Assembly (NCBI GenBank): GCA_964611985.1 | Contig: CAZTBM010000005.1 | Coordinates: forward strand, 12,403-76,402 | Source: an uncultured Desulfurococcales archaeon | GTDB taxonomy: Archaea > Thermoproteota > Thermoprotei_A > CAZTBM01 > SZUA-1508 | DNA: 64,000 nucleotides | Direction of reading: 5' to 3' | Part shown: piece by piece, positions 36,874 to 46,768 of the stretch | How positions within the stretch are numbered: position 1 is the stretch's first letter | Layout of the letters: every line of letters starts with the position of its first letter | Position numbers and translations under genes: made by a program | The notes under the pieces: model-generated | What the model was told of the DNA's origin: nothing | Seen by the model: only the letters and a program-made list of their open reading frames with translations | Databases searched by the model: none

Positions 36874-37249
36874 AAAGTCATGTGACCAGTCAAAGCTAAT
36901 TCGCTATCATGGTTTTTTAATTGTAAGTGTTTCTATTCTTATTAGGCAGATAGAATTATAAACCCCCGTAATAATGTAACCCTTCCAGTGTTGGATAAAT
37001 GGGCTTTAAATATAATGGCTTAAGAATAGGGCGCTAGACTCGAGGTGAAATGTGTAGGTGATAGTATTATTTCTACTGCTAGTAGTCACTATATCACTCT
37101 GTTACATAATACTTGATATGGTAAGAGTCATACGGTTTATATTTAGGAAGACATTTAGGTAAACGGTATTACCTATAGAAATTAAAGTAAGATTTTACTA
37201 AACTTCTTACTAAATGTAGCAGAGATAAAGAACGGTGGAGGATTAACTT

Positions 37250-37753
37250 TTGCGGTCTGAACCATTAGTTCCATGGGTTCCAACACCAGAAGACATACTT
37301 GACGAAATAGCTGATCTATTAGAACTTGATGAAAAAAGTGTATTTATAGATCTGGGTGCTGGCGATGGTAGAGTGGCTATAGCGATAGCAAAAAGAGGAG
37401 TATTCAGTATTGCTTTAGAAATAGACTTAATAAACTGTATTATAGCTAGGGATCAAGCTAAAGTAAATAATGTTCTAGTAGATGTTGTTCGAGGAGATTT
37501 CAAAACATTCCCTCTTCATAGGATTAATAGAGTATTCATGTACCTTTATAAAAGTATACAAGATGAATTAAAAGAAAAACTAGCTAACGAACTTCCTGAT
37601 GGTACACGTATTGTAACCTTAGATTTCCCCATTCCAGGCTGGATTCCTGTAAAGGTAAGAAGGTGTAATACAAGCTCTGGGGTAATTAGGACACTATACT
37701 TATATATTAAAGGGGTTTCAGAAAAAGAGAGACAATGGTGGAGTATAAAATAA
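37250..37753 (+). CDS. small class I SAM-dependent methyltransferase
   Basis: Motif I VFIDLGAGDGRVAIAIA, 167 aa, TTG start. Confidence 0.7.
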   Translation: MRSEPLVPWVPTPEDILDEIADLLELDEKSVFIDLGAGDGRVAIAIAKRGVFSIALEIDLINCIIARDQAKVNNVLVDVVRGDFKTFPLHRINRVFMYLYKSIQDELKEKLANELPDGTRIVTLDFPIPGWIPVKVRRCNTSSGVIRTLYLYIKGVSEKERQWWSIK

Positions 37754-38778
37754 GGCTCCAGGGCAGACCATTAGTAAGAATAGGCTACGATCTTGATATA
37801 CCATTAGTTGGAGCAATATCCTTCGGTCTTATAGATAGAGGAACTAATATTATCCAAGTTAGGCCAGTAAGCTTCTGCGTACTAAATTGTATATTTTGCT
37901 CTACTGATGCAGGGCCTAAGTCGAAATGTAGACAAGCAGAATACATTGTAGACCTAGATATACTCATTGAATGGTTTAAAGTTTTAGTAAAGTATAAGGG
38001 AGGAAATATCGAAGCACATATAGATACTGTGGGAGACCCACTACTATATAATAAGATAGTCGACTTAGTTCATGAATTAAAAAGCACTAAGGGAGTAAGA
38101 GTAGTTAGTATGCAAAGTCATGCACCCACACTAACTGAAAAACTAGCTGATAAACTAAATGCCGCCGGTCTTGATAGACTAAATCTCAGTATAGATGCGC
38201 TAGACCTCAATCTAGCAAAATACCTTCAAGGCACTCAGTGGTATAACGTAAATAGAGTTATGGAGGTGACGGAATACATTGTTAAGAACACTAGAATAGA
38301 TGTACTTCTAGCTCCCGTTCTTCTACCGGGAATAAATGATCAGGAGTTACCAAAGATTATCGAATGGGGGTTAAGGATCGGCGTAGGCAAGAAGTGGCCT
38401 CCCTTTGGCATCCAAAAATACCTAAAACATAAGTATGGTAGGAAACCAAAAGGCATTAAGAGTATGAGTTGGAAAGAATTCTATAACTATCTAAGAAACC
38501 TAGAAAGAAAGTATAATGTGAAGCTTATAAACGATCTAAGCGATTTTGGAGTAGAACACAAACCTATGATACCCTTAAGGTTTAGAGTTAATGAAAGGGT
38601 TAGAGTAAAAGTTGTAGCACCTGGCTGGCTAAGAGGGGAGAAACTCTGCATACCATTAAGTAAAGGAGGAGATAGAGTTATAACACTCATAAATGCGGAT
38701 GATATACCACTTGGGGCTAAGGTTACAGCTAGAATAATAGCAAATAAGCACAATATTTATCTTGCAGAACCATTATAA
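37735..38778 (+). CDS. radical SAM protein
   Basis: CVLNCIFCS is a CxxxCxxC cluster near the N-terminus with a TIM-barrel-like remainder. It overlaps the methyltransferase gene by 19 nt. Confidence 0.8.
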   Translation: MVEYKIRLQGRPLVRIGYDLDIPLVGAISFGLIDRGTNIIQVRPVSFCVLNCIFCSTDAGPKSKCRQAEYIVDLDILIEWFKVLVKYKGGNIEAHIDTVGDPLLYNKIVDLVHELKSTKGVRVVSMQSHAPTLTEKLADKLNAAGLDRLNLSIDALDLNLAKYLQGTQWYNVNRVMEVTEYIVKNTRIDVLLAPVLLPGINDQELPKIIEWGLRIGVGKKWPPFGIQKYLKHKYGRKPKGIKSMSWKEFYNYLRNLERKYNVKLINDLSDFGVEHKPMIPLRFRVNERVRVKVVAPGWLRGEKLCIPLSKGGDRVITLINADDIPLGAKVTARIIANKHNIYLAEPL

Positions 38779-38826
38779 GGGAATGAAGAATACTATAATC
38801 GTGTCCTACTACTCTATTATACCTAG

Positions 38827-39135
38827 TTATATCATAGCTGCATCAGCAAAGTAATTATCTTCTCTATGAGGTCTAAGGAAGTTTAAAAGTGACTTCATAT
38901 CTAAGTCTGTTAACATGTTGAACTCTATAACATTGATACTACCTTTCTTATCCTTATCTTCGTATGTTCTAACGAATATATCATTGATAACTATAGTGTT
39001 TATATGTTCCGTTAATCTATTAGGCTCTATTTTAAGTTGTGGACTATACTCTATCCTAACATTAGGCTCTGTATGAACACTAATACTCATAACATTAACT
39101 ATATCATATCTGCTAACCTTAAAAGTAAGCCTCAT
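38827..39135 (-). CDS. hypothetical protein
   Basis: 102-aa ORF with no motif. Confidence 0.4.
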   Translation of the reverse strand: MRLTFKVSRYDIVNVMSISVHTEPNVRIEYSPQLKIEPNRLTEHINTIVINDIFVRTYEDKDKKGSINVIEFNMLTDLDMKSLLNFLRPHREDNYFADAAMI

Positions 39136-39274
39136 ACTCGCTCCCTAATAAGAATTTATATTATCGACATAGATACTTAAAGCTCAGTACTCAATAATAA
39201 TAAGTGAGTCATCTTTGAAAACATAATCATGAAAGTATGGAACATACTAAATTCATAGTCATGGAGGACTAAAT

Positions 39275-39721
39275 TTGACCATAATTGAAGGAACCGTTGT
39301 AATACTCGATCTTGACAGGTTTAGCGAGTTAACAAAATCTATGGGATGGGACGAATATAAACCAAACATTATAACTGGTACATTAACCCATTTAGTTGAA
39401 GATTTCGTAAGAAAATACAGTGCTGATATATTATATGGTCTAGATCACAAAAGAGGAACAGAGGAAGCGGTAATTGAAATACCATACGTAAAGCCGGAGG
39501 AAATAATAGATGATCTTAAAAGAATAAAGGCTGAAATAGAGAAGCTAGGAGCCTCTATAAGCATAGGAGTCGCTTATGGCCCTTTAGAACCTGTCAAAGT
39601 AAGATGTAGAAGAGATGCATATTCAGGTATAACTCGGAGAAAAGCCCTTAAAGCTCTTAGAGAGGCAAAGAGAAAAGGAGGTAATAAAATAGTCATTTTT
39701 GGGTTAGGTGTAGTAGGATGA
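39275..39721 (+). CDS. minimal GGDEF / Cas10-palm-like (nucleotide cyclase fold) protein
   Basis: 148 aa. VVILDLDRF matches the metal-binding DxD strand, GTEEAVIEIP (aa 61-70) sits where GGEEFxxxLP occurs, SISIGVA matches tvSiGva, and ALKALREAKRKGGNKIVIF matches ADxALYxAKxxGRNxv. TTG start with GGAGGA 8 nt upstream. Confidence 0.55.
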   Translation: MTIIEGTVVILDLDRFSELTKSMGWDEYKPNIITGTLTHLVEDFVRKYSADILYGLDHKRGTEEAVIEIPYVKPEEIIDDLKRIKAEIEKLGASISIGVAYGPLEPVKVRCRRDAYSGITRRKALKALREAKRKGGNKIVIFGLGVVG

Positions 39722-40368
39722 AACTGAAAGAACTTCTTAGTGAGATTACAAAGGCTAAGAGAGGTGTAAAGCCCGCCTATACTAAATACCATGTACTTAA
39801 ATGTTTATTATTAATATACAATGATGAACCGATTGGCAGAATTAAACTTTCAAAGGCTTTAAATCTTGGTGAAACATCTGTTAGGACGCTTCTTAGTAGA
39901 TTGAAGGAACTGGATATTATAAATATAGATAGAGTGGGAGGGGTCTATTTATCAGATCATGGCAGATCATTACTTAAAAAGGTAATGGATATTATACATG
40001 GCATTCAGAAAATTGATTCCATCTATATAGAAAAGATTATGCCACAGTATAAGTACGTGTATAGTTTGTCATTAAAAATCCCATTACGAAAACTTAATAT
40101 TAAGCTCACAAGCTTAAGAGACATAATTATAAGATCTGGAGCTGATGCAGCATTAATATTGATAGTAGAGAATGGTAAATTATGTTTACCATATGATGAT
40201 ACTGTTATATGTGAGGACTCGAATGAAGATCTAATGTTCTTAAGACAAGGTCTCAACATAGATGAAGCCAAAACCATATTATTAGCTTTATCCTCTAGAA
40301 GCGATAATCAAGCAGAAAAAGCTCTAATAGGGACTCTAATAGAGTTAATGGAAAATGACCTAATATAG
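39718..40368 (+). CDS. wHTH protein with uncharacterised C-terminal alpha/beta domain
   Basis: IGRIKLSKALNLGETSVRTLLSRLKELDII is wHTH-like. There is a 4-nt ATGA overlap with the upstream GGDEF-like gene. Confidence 0.5.
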   Translation: MKLKELLSEITKAKRGVKPAYTKYHVLKCLLLIYNDEPIGRIKLSKALNLGETSVRTLLSRLKELDIINIDRVGGVYLSDHGRSLLKKVMDIIHGIQKIDSIYIEKIMPQYKYVYSLSLKIPLRKLNIKLTSLRDIIIRSGADAALILIVENGKLCLPYDDTVICEDSNEDLMFLRQGLNIDEAKTILLALSSRSDNQAEKALIGTLIELMENDLI

Positions 40369-40384
40369 TGAGTGGTGCGCGATT

Positions 40385-41218
40385 ATGACTCGATATGCCA
40401 TTGAGTACATTAAAGTGGGGTATAGGGCAGATAACACACCCATATTTATTCCCATGCTACGTTTTATTAGTTCAGGTAAAGCTTCACCACTTATGATTTT
40501 ACCATTAAATTTACTTATTGTCCCAAAGGTCATATGGAGTGTAGTACATAAACTTAAAGCACAGGATATTAAACGTGATGTTCTACTTCTAATGCCCAGC
40601 CCTGAATATGATTTAGGCCATATAGATATTGAAGACTACATTGTTAGTAATAATAAAATATGGGGTAAAATAGCTGAGAAGGTTCCTGAACATACTATAT
40701 TATTAACGATTTCATCATCAGGTATTGGTTTACCTTTCATCAAATATATGAGAGTAAAGGGTGTCCTTGAGGAACATTTAAAGAATGCTAATATCCCAGT
40801 AATATGGGATGCTTGGCTTTTAGATAAATTACCTTATAATACGTTTAAGCACAAGGTTGATGATGTGTTAATTTTGAAGATACCAGAGGATTATGACAAA
40901 GCATTAGATTTACTGATACTCTTACTACAATTATTGAATGTTCTAGAGATCTCTGAGAAAAAGCCAGAATCTATAATAGCTAATTTAAAGTTAAAAGGAA
41001 ACAGGATACACAGAATATTCTATGATAAATCGGGCTTTGTAGTATATCATATTAAGGCAGGAGATTATGTAGAGAAAGGACAAACAATAGCAGACATTAA
41101 GGGTTTTTTCGGAGAGACCATAGGGCAAGTGAAAACACCTATTAATGGTTTGATAGTTTCATTAAAAACTTTTAGGATAATTAAGCCAGGTGACTTAATA
41201 GTAGAATTAGTCACATGA
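40385..41218 (+). CDS. succinylglutamate desuccinylase/aspartoacylase (AstE/AspA)-like protein, metal ligands apparently missing
   Basis: C-terminal hammerhead region KAGDYVEKGQTIADIKGFFGETIGQVKTPINGLIVSL...IKPGDLIVEL is typical of the family. The expected N-terminal HGxE site reads LNLL. Confidence 0.4.
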   Translation: MTRYAIEYIKVGYRADNTPIFIPMLRFISSGKASPLMILPLNLLIVPKVIWSVVHKLKAQDIKRDVLLLMPSPEYDLGHIDIEDYIVSNNKIWGKIAEKVPEHTILLTISSSGIGLPFIKYMRVKGVLEEHLKNANIPVIWDAWLLDKLPYNTFKHKVDDVLILKIPEDYDKALDLLILLLQLLNVLEISEKKPESIIANLKLKGNRIHRIFYDKSGFVVYHIKAGDYVEKGQTIADIKGFFGETIGQVKTPINGLIVSLKTFRIIKPGDLIVELVT

Positions 41219-41298
41219 AACTCTCTTTCAGTTTACTATATTTATAAAGAAAATATTTATATCATTGACATTTAACATCTCCTTAGTGGTGGTGTATA

Positions 41299-41946
41299 AT
41301 GGTTAACCTTGTTCTCTTAGGCCCCCCAGGTGTAGGTAAAGGAACTTATGCAAAAGAACTTAGTAAGAAACTAGGTATACCACATATCTCAACAGGTGAT
41401 ATATTTAGAGAAGAGGTAAAGAAACGTAGTCCCCTAGGACTTAAGGTAAAGGAGTATCTTGATAAAGGTTTGCTTGTACCAGACGAGATAGTTAATGAAG
41501 TTGTAAGACAACGACTAAGCAAAGAGGATTGCAAAAAGGGATTCATCCTAGACGGGTATCCTAGAACATTAGCTCAGGCTAAAGCATTAGATGCTATGAC
41601 TAAGATTGATGCTGCTCTATACTTTACTGCACCTAAAGAGGTTATTATAGAACGAGTTAGTGGTAGACGTATATGTCCAAAATGTGGAGCAATATACCAT
41701 ATTAAAAACATTCCACCAAAGAAACCAGGTATATGTGATGTTTGTGGAACACCATTAATTCAAAGAGAAGACGATAAACCTGAAGTTGTAGAAAAAAGAT
41801 TAAAAGTATATGAAGAAACTATGAAGCCCGTTATAGACTATTATCGTGAGAAAGGATTATTGATTGAAGTCGATGCTAGCGATCCCGTAGTCGAAAAGAT
41901 CGTAGAAAGAGCTATAGAGAAACTTAAAGAAAGATACCTTATATAA
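41299..41946 (+). CDS. adk: adenylate kinase, long form with 4-Cys zinc lid
   Basis: P-loop LLGPPGVGKGT, ISTGDIFR, GFILDGYPRT and lid CPKCGAIYH...CDVCG. Confidence 0.92.
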   Translation: MVNLVLLGPPGVGKGTYAKELSKKLGIPHISTGDIFREEVKKRSPLGLKVKEYLDKGLLVPDEIVNEVVRQRLSKEDCKKGFILDGYPRTLAQAKALDAMTKIDAALYFTAPKEVIIERVSGRRICPKCGAIYHIKNIPPKKPGICDVCGTPLIQREDDKPEVVEKRLKVYEETMKPVIDYYREKGLLIEVDASDPVVEKIVERAIEKLKERYLI

Positions 41947-41961
41947 CATAACTACTTTTAG

Positions 41962-42507
41962 TTAATCCTTTAATTTTGGTAATAGATAGATAACTCCATC
42001 ATCTGCTTCAATCCTTTCAATGTCTCCCTTGACATAATAGTAAGCTACAAGTAGACATATTAACGCGTCAATCTCATCTTTAGATAGCTTGTTAAGCACA
42101 TAGGGTTCAATTGTAAGATGAGTTGAGATAAGGGACATACCATTTTTATATCCTGATGTTTTAAGAGTGCTTCTGGGATGGGTTTCAATAACCTTTACGC
42201 CATTTTCATTAAGTTTGTCCTTTAATGCTATTGCTCTATCCACAAGAGGCTTCATAGTTCTCCATCCAGGAGGTAAAACATTAAGGCCTTTTCTCTTCAT
42301 TTCTAGGTCTACTTTTCGATACGTTCTTGCATGTGATAAAGGAGCATCTACAGCTACCACTTTCACATCATGTTTGAGAATAGTATCGAGAATTTCTTCA
42401 TCACTGTAAACTTTAGAAACCATAATAACTATATTATCTTTAGCTATAGCCAGTCCGGAAGGCCTATTTTCTTTAGCTGCTAAGTCCAATCCTGCAACAA
42501 ATACCAT
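41962..42507 (-). CDS. DUF429-like predicted RNase H-fold nuclease
   Basis: VAGLDLAAKENRPSGLA and VVAVDAPLS motifs, 181 aa. Confidence 0.5.
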   Translation of the reverse strand: MVFVAGLDLAAKENRPSGLAIAKDNIVIMVSKVYSDEEILDTILKHDVKVVAVDAPLSHARTYRKVDLEMKRKGLNVLPPGWRTMKPLVDRAIALKDKLNENGVKVIETHPRSTLKTSGYKNGMSLISTHLTIEPYVLNKLSKDEIDALICLLVAYYYVKGDIERIEADDGVIYLLPKLKD

Positions 42508-42540
42508 AGCTCTATGCTACCTTTTCTTTTAGGTTTCTAA

Positions 42541-42600
42541 GGGTCAGAGCTGGGTTCCACCACATAAGCTGCTTCGGACGGTGGCGTTCTCATCATATCC
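42541..42600 (-). ncRNA. C/D box sRNA (C' box degenerate)
   Basis: The minus strand reads ATGATGA(C, 42590-96)-GAACGCCACCGT(12)-CCGA(D')-AGCAGCT-TATGTGG(C'?)-TGGAACCCAGCT(12)-CTGA(D, 42544-47). It forms a GC-rich island in an AT-rich spacer. Confidence 0.5.
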
Positions 42601-42676
42601 TGGCTAAACTATTTGCAAATACATATTTATATATTTAAATTTCCTCTGATTACTATATGAGATAAAGGTGTAAATC

Positions 42677-43387
42677 TTGGGTATAATAGCTGAGGCACCT
42701 CTTATCCCTGTTGATATAATTGTTGACTCAAGAGAGGCTTCAAAACAGAAAGAAATAATTGAGGCACTTAGGAAAGCTGGAATAAGAGTTGCTATATCGG
42801 CTTTAAGTGTTGGAGACTATTATTTAATGGCTTGTGAAGATAAAAAACCTATTCTTGTCGAGAGAAAAAGCGTAATAGACTTTGCTAATAGCATAAGGGA
42901 TAATAGGGTCTGGGAGCAAGTAAAACTTCTTAAACAAGCTGAAGAAGAGGAAGAATTGAAGCCAGTAATACTCTTAGAGGGAAACTTGAATACCATAATC
43001 AGATTCACTAAATGGAATATAACAGTTATACTCAGAATAATAGATGAAATAACATTGAACTGGAAGATACCAATAATACCATCACCTAACAAGGAGGCAA
43101 CCACTAAATGGCTTATAGCTAAGGCTAAGGCGCTAGGTGAAACAAATAAGAAAAAACCTCCAAGATTAAGAGTAAAGAAAAAGCCTATGACTATAAATGA
43201 AAGAATACTGTATGTGGCTGAAGGATTAGTAGGACCAACACTTGCAAGAAAATTGCTTGAACATTTCAAGACATTAAAGAACGTAGCTAATGCATCTACA
43301 TTAGAGTTAATGAAAGTAGAGGGTATAGGAGAAAAAAGGGCAAGAGAAATATACATGATATTTAATACTCCTTGGAGGCCAAAGTAA
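42677..43387 (+). CDS. xpf: XPF/ERCC4-type structure-specific endonuclease, short crenarchaeal form (nuclease + HhH2)
   Basis: ERCC4 motifs IVDSRE, VGDYYL and VERKSVIDFANSI, with C-terminal HhH2 LVGPTLARKLLEHF...VEGIGEKRAREI. There is no helicase domain. TTG start. Confidence 0.85.
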   Translation: MGIIAEAPLIPVDIIVDSREASKQKEIIEALRKAGIRVAISALSVGDYYLMACEDKKPILVERKSVIDFANSIRDNRVWEQVKLLKQAEEEEELKPVILLEGNLNTIIRFTKWNITVILRIIDEITLNWKIPIIPSPNKEATTKWLIAKAKALGETNKKKPPRLRVKKKPMTINERILYVAEGLVGPTLARKLLEHFKTLKNVANASTLELMKVEGIGEKRAREIYMIFNTPWRPK

Positions 43388-43516
43388 TTGTTCTCTCATT
43401 ATCTTGTGTATGTATCCTAAGTAGGAGTTAATAATGAAATAAATTAAAATAGACAATATTAGATAATACTTTCTAGCTAAGCGAAGATTAATAGTGTTAT
43501 CGAGAGGGTAAGACTA

Positions 43517-44710
43517 ATGAAGTACTATATGGCGTCTGAGAAAGAAATTGATGAAGGAGAAGCTACAGATGTATATTTCGTTAGAACTAAAGAGATAGTA
43601 GAGAAGAAAGGATTAAGTCGCGTTAAGGTAAAAATGGAATTACATAGTTACAGTCTACCTAAAGGTTATGAATGGGCTGTTTTTGCAGGCCTTGAGGAAG
43701 CATTGAAACTACTTGAAGGTAAGCCTGTGGATGTATGGGCCATTCCTGAGGGCACCTTATTTAAACCGTATATGCCCATTATGAGAGTTGAAGGACCATA
43801 TAACGTAATAAGCATTTATGAAACTGCACTTCTAGGCATAATTCGGCATGCAACAAGTATTGCAACCAAAGCAGCTAGAATAAAAAGGTTGGCTGGGAAT
43901 AGGATAGTATTATTCTTTGGCTTAAGAGCTCTTCACCCAGCAATATATCCTATGGCTGATAGGGCTGCTTATTTAGGAGGATGCGATGGAGTTTCTGGCT
44001 GGCTTAGCAGAAAATATCTAGGCATAGAGCCTAAGGGCACAATGCCACATGCCCTCATAATAGTTTTTGGCGATCAGAAGGCAGCATGGAAGGCTTTTGA
44101 TGAAATAATGCCAGAGAATGTACCAAGAATAGCTCTCTGTGATACATTTTTCGATGAAAGATTAGAAGCCCTTATGGCAGCAGAGACATTAAAAGATAGA
44201 CTATTTGGAGTTAGATTTGACACTCCCAGTAGCCGTAGGGGTAATATGAGGAAAATAGCTCTGGAGGCAAAATGGACTTTAGAATTACATGGTTATAAGG
44301 ATGTTAAAATATTTATTAGTGGAGGAATAGGTGAAAAAGAGATATTAGAATTACGTGATATAGTTAACGGTTTTGGTGTGGGAACGTCAATAGCTTTTCC
44401 AAAATCTATCGATATTAGTATGGACATAGTAGAAATTGATAGAGGAGAAGGGTGGAAGCCTATAGCTAAGAGAGGTAAAATGCCAGGAGCTAAACAAGTA
44501 TATCGATGCCCAAACCATATAGATGAAGTCAGTATTAGGATATGGAATTCTGAACCTCCAATATGTAGTAAATGTGGATCCCTTATGAAGCCTTTAATGG
44601 AGAAATTTATCGAGGGAGGCAAGTTAATTAAGAAACTACCAGGTATTAATGACATCAGAGAATATGTTTTAAACCAGATATTTAAATTGCCTGAACCGCG
44701 ACCGGTATGA
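43517..44710 (+). CDS. nicotinate phosphoribosyltransferase (type II PRTase family)
   Basis: [12 protein letters not shown] at the N-terminus, [21 protein letters not shown] and ISGGIGE, plus a C-terminal 4-Cys element CPNH...CSKCG. Confidence 0.75.
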   Translation: MKYYMASEKEIDEGEATDVYFVRTKEIVEKKGLSRVKVKMELHSYSLPKGYEWAVFAGLEEALKLLEGKPVDVWAIPEGTLFKPYMPIMRVEGPYNVISIYETALLGIIRHATSIATKAARIKRLAGNRIVLFFGLRALHPAIYPMADRAAYLGGCDGVSGWLSRKYLGIEPKGTMPHALIIVFGDQKAAWKAFDEIMPENVPRIALCDTFFDERLEALMAAETLKDRLFGVRFDTPSSRRGNMRKIALEAKWTLELHGYKDVKIFISGGIGEKEILELRDIVNGFGVGTSIAFPKSIDISMDIVEIDRGEGWKPIAKRGKMPGAKQVYRCPNHIDEVSIRIWNSEPPICSKCGSLMKPLMEKFIEGGKLIKKLPGINDIREYVLNQIFKLPEPRPV

Positions 44711-44740
44711 ATGAAATATTTTTGTAAACTTTCATTCTAT

Positions 44741-46768
44741 TCAAAGTCTCCATCTCTCTTTTCTGTATTCTAGGATTATCTTCTCCAGATCTAAAGGCTT
44801 TATATACTTCTGTTTCAATTCTTCCTTTACTTGTTTAGCGTATTCCTCTAGCTCAGGCTTGTAGAGGATAATATTATCTGAGACCTTAACTACGAGCTCA
44901 GCTATTTCATTTAAGTTGATGACTGGTATTAATATACTATTTAGCGTCTCTTTTGCCTCACTGCTTACATTACATGTAATTATAGCTAAGATGTTTCTCC
45001 TTTTAATTTCATCCAGTACCTCTTTTTGTATGAACGTTAAGTTTTCAATGAATAATATATCATTCTCACATATTTTACCGTACTCTTTCTCAGTATGGGA
45101 TATGCTGTTTAGTGTTAACGAAGATAAAGGTTTCATAAGCTTATATTCCCCTTTAGACAGACTAATTAGTGCTTTCTCAAGGCTCACAATCTTATTCTTA
45201 AGCTCTCGTAACTCTTCATCACGAATTTTAACTTCTCTTGTTAACTTGTTTACTTCTTCTGCAAGTAAGGCTACTTCACGTTTAGCTTTTACTTCGATGT
45301 TCATAGTTTTCTTTAACTCATTAAGCTCTAGCTCTAATTCCTCTACGCGTTCCATTAACTCCTTAATCTTAGATTTTAGTATAGCTCGTTCTTTTCTTAA
45401 TTCCTCTATTTTGCTTCTAGCCTTGAGTAACATTTCCTGTTGTAACTGTTGGTCCTTTGTTTCTTTCTGTACCTTTTGTTGCTGTATCATATGAGGGGTT
45501 TCCTTCTCTTTCAAATATTTAGCTATTTCTCTTTCAACTGCTTCAACTATGGTCATTCCCTTTATTATCTCGGCTTTAATTCTTTCAAGAGGTAAATTAA
45601 TACCAAACTTACCTACATAAGCCTCAACTTGTCTTAACTTGGATTCATACATTCTATAAGATTTTAATGCTGCCGCCAAAGCGTCTCTTTGGTGAGAATC
45701 TACTATTCTTATTTTAAGTCCTTTCTTTATTATGTATTCTTCAACTATCTCTTGTTTTTCACTCGTGCTTAATGATCTTGAGGGAACGAACAGTTTAGCA
45801 TTAACTGCTGAGGCTATTTTTGAAACGGCCTCAGGTGGAGGATTAACATCCGTGGCTATAATTAATGGTACCCCGTATTCACTTATTTTAGATATTATTT
45901 CTTCTCTGTCTAGCCCTTTACCGCTAGTTACTTCAACAATTTCACCATTGATGTCTATTATTGCTAGGCCTGTAATTATTCCAGGATCTATTCCAACAAT
46001 AAGGTATTTCCTTTTCGGATAGACTATTTTACCTCCATGAGGTAATGTTACTTTACTTTTGAGTACAGGTTTTATTAGAACTCTTATGTTCCTGCTTTTA
46101 ACAGGTTTTACTATACCGTAAAGTTTCTTTCTAGGCGCATATACTATGAAGACGCTACTATCAAGGCCGCTATCGCTTCTTCTAAATAATAGGTCATAAT
46201 CAAAACCGTGAGAATCCAATGCATCCTTTATTTTTCTTGTATATCTTAGTATTAGGCTCCTAATTCTCCTTTTGTATCTGTCTTGACTGGAACCTCCTGC
46301 ACTAGCAGTTCTCTTTCTTGAGACTATGATCTTAGTCTTTTCTTTGTATAATTTGATTCTATATCCTACCCCTTTATATGCAAGAAGGGCTATTAAGTAA
46401 GCTGACTCTAATGAGCTAAGTTTACCTCGAACTTTTATGTTCATCTTTTTTGCTACTTCACTTAAACTTTCAAATCCTTCGGGACCTAAGGTTACCTGTA
46501 CAATATTGATGTCAGGTGGTAATAAGCTCATTAGCTTGAGTATGCTTTTCTCATCCTTACCTAACTCGAATATGTTGTCTACACCGATGATTTTAGGCTT
46601 ATACTCCCAGCATAATCTTATAATCCTATGTAAGGGTATCTCCTCATACTCTTCTATCTTTTCACCATCACCTAAAACTACGAGAGAGTATAATGGCTGC
46701 CTTGTGGACTGAGGACTTGAACCTGGATTTATGTCAATTCCGAACACTATTGTCTTATATTTTTTCAA
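44741..46768 (-). CDS. DUF460-family protein (RNase H-like domains plus central coiled coil)
   Basis: VFGIDINPGS and IVGIDPGIITGLAIIDINGE are RuvC/YqgF-like starts. A long EELxELKxK coiled coil spans aa ~430-540. Confidence 0.55.
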   Translation of the reverse strand: MKKYKTIVFGIDINPGSSPQSTRQPLYSLVVLGDGEKIEEYEEIPLHRIIRLCWEYKPKIIGVDNIFELGKDEKSILKLMSLLPPDINIVQVTLGPEGFESLSEVAKKMNIKVRGKLSSLESAYLIALLAYKGVGYRIKLYKEKTKIIVSRKRTASAGGSSQDRYKRRIRSLILRYTRKIKDALDSHGFDYDLLFRRSDSGLDSSVFIVYAPRKKLYGIVKPVKSRNIRVLIKPVLKSKVTLPHGGKIVYPKRKYLIVGIDPGIITGLAIIDINGEIVEVTSGKGLDREEIISKISEYGVPLIIATDVNPPPEAVSKIASAVNAKLFVPSRSLSTSEKQEIVEEYIIKKGLKIRIVDSHQRDALAAALKSYRMYESKLRQVEAYVGKFGINLPLERIKAEIIKGMTIVEAVEREIAKYLKEKETPHMIQQQKVQKETKDQQLQQEMLLKARSKIEELRKERAILKSKIKELMERVEELELELNELKKTMNIEVKAKREVALLAEEVNKLTREVKIRDEELRELKNKIVSLEKALISLSKGEYKLMKPLSSLTLNSISHTEKEYGKICENDILFIENLTFIQKEVLDEIKRRNILAIITCNVSSEAKETLNSILIPVINLNEIAELVVKVSDNIILYKPELEEYAKQVKEELKQKYIKPLDLEKIILEYRKERWRL

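Noticed and set aside
36960-37250. Small hydrophobic ORF from a GTG start (IVLFLLLLVVTISLCYIILDMVRVIRFIFRKTFR) upstream of the methyltransferase gene
   Set aside because: It is only about 35 codons with an ambiguous start and no conservation evidence available, which is too weak to report as a gene.
42820-43356. 178-aa minus-strand ORF
   Set aside because: It is antisense to xpf, which has unambiguous ERCC4 and HhH2 motifs.
44916-45494. 192-aa plus-strand ORF
   Set aside because: It is antisense to the coiled-coil part of the DUF460 gene and is Ser/Phe/Leu-rich and low in complexity.
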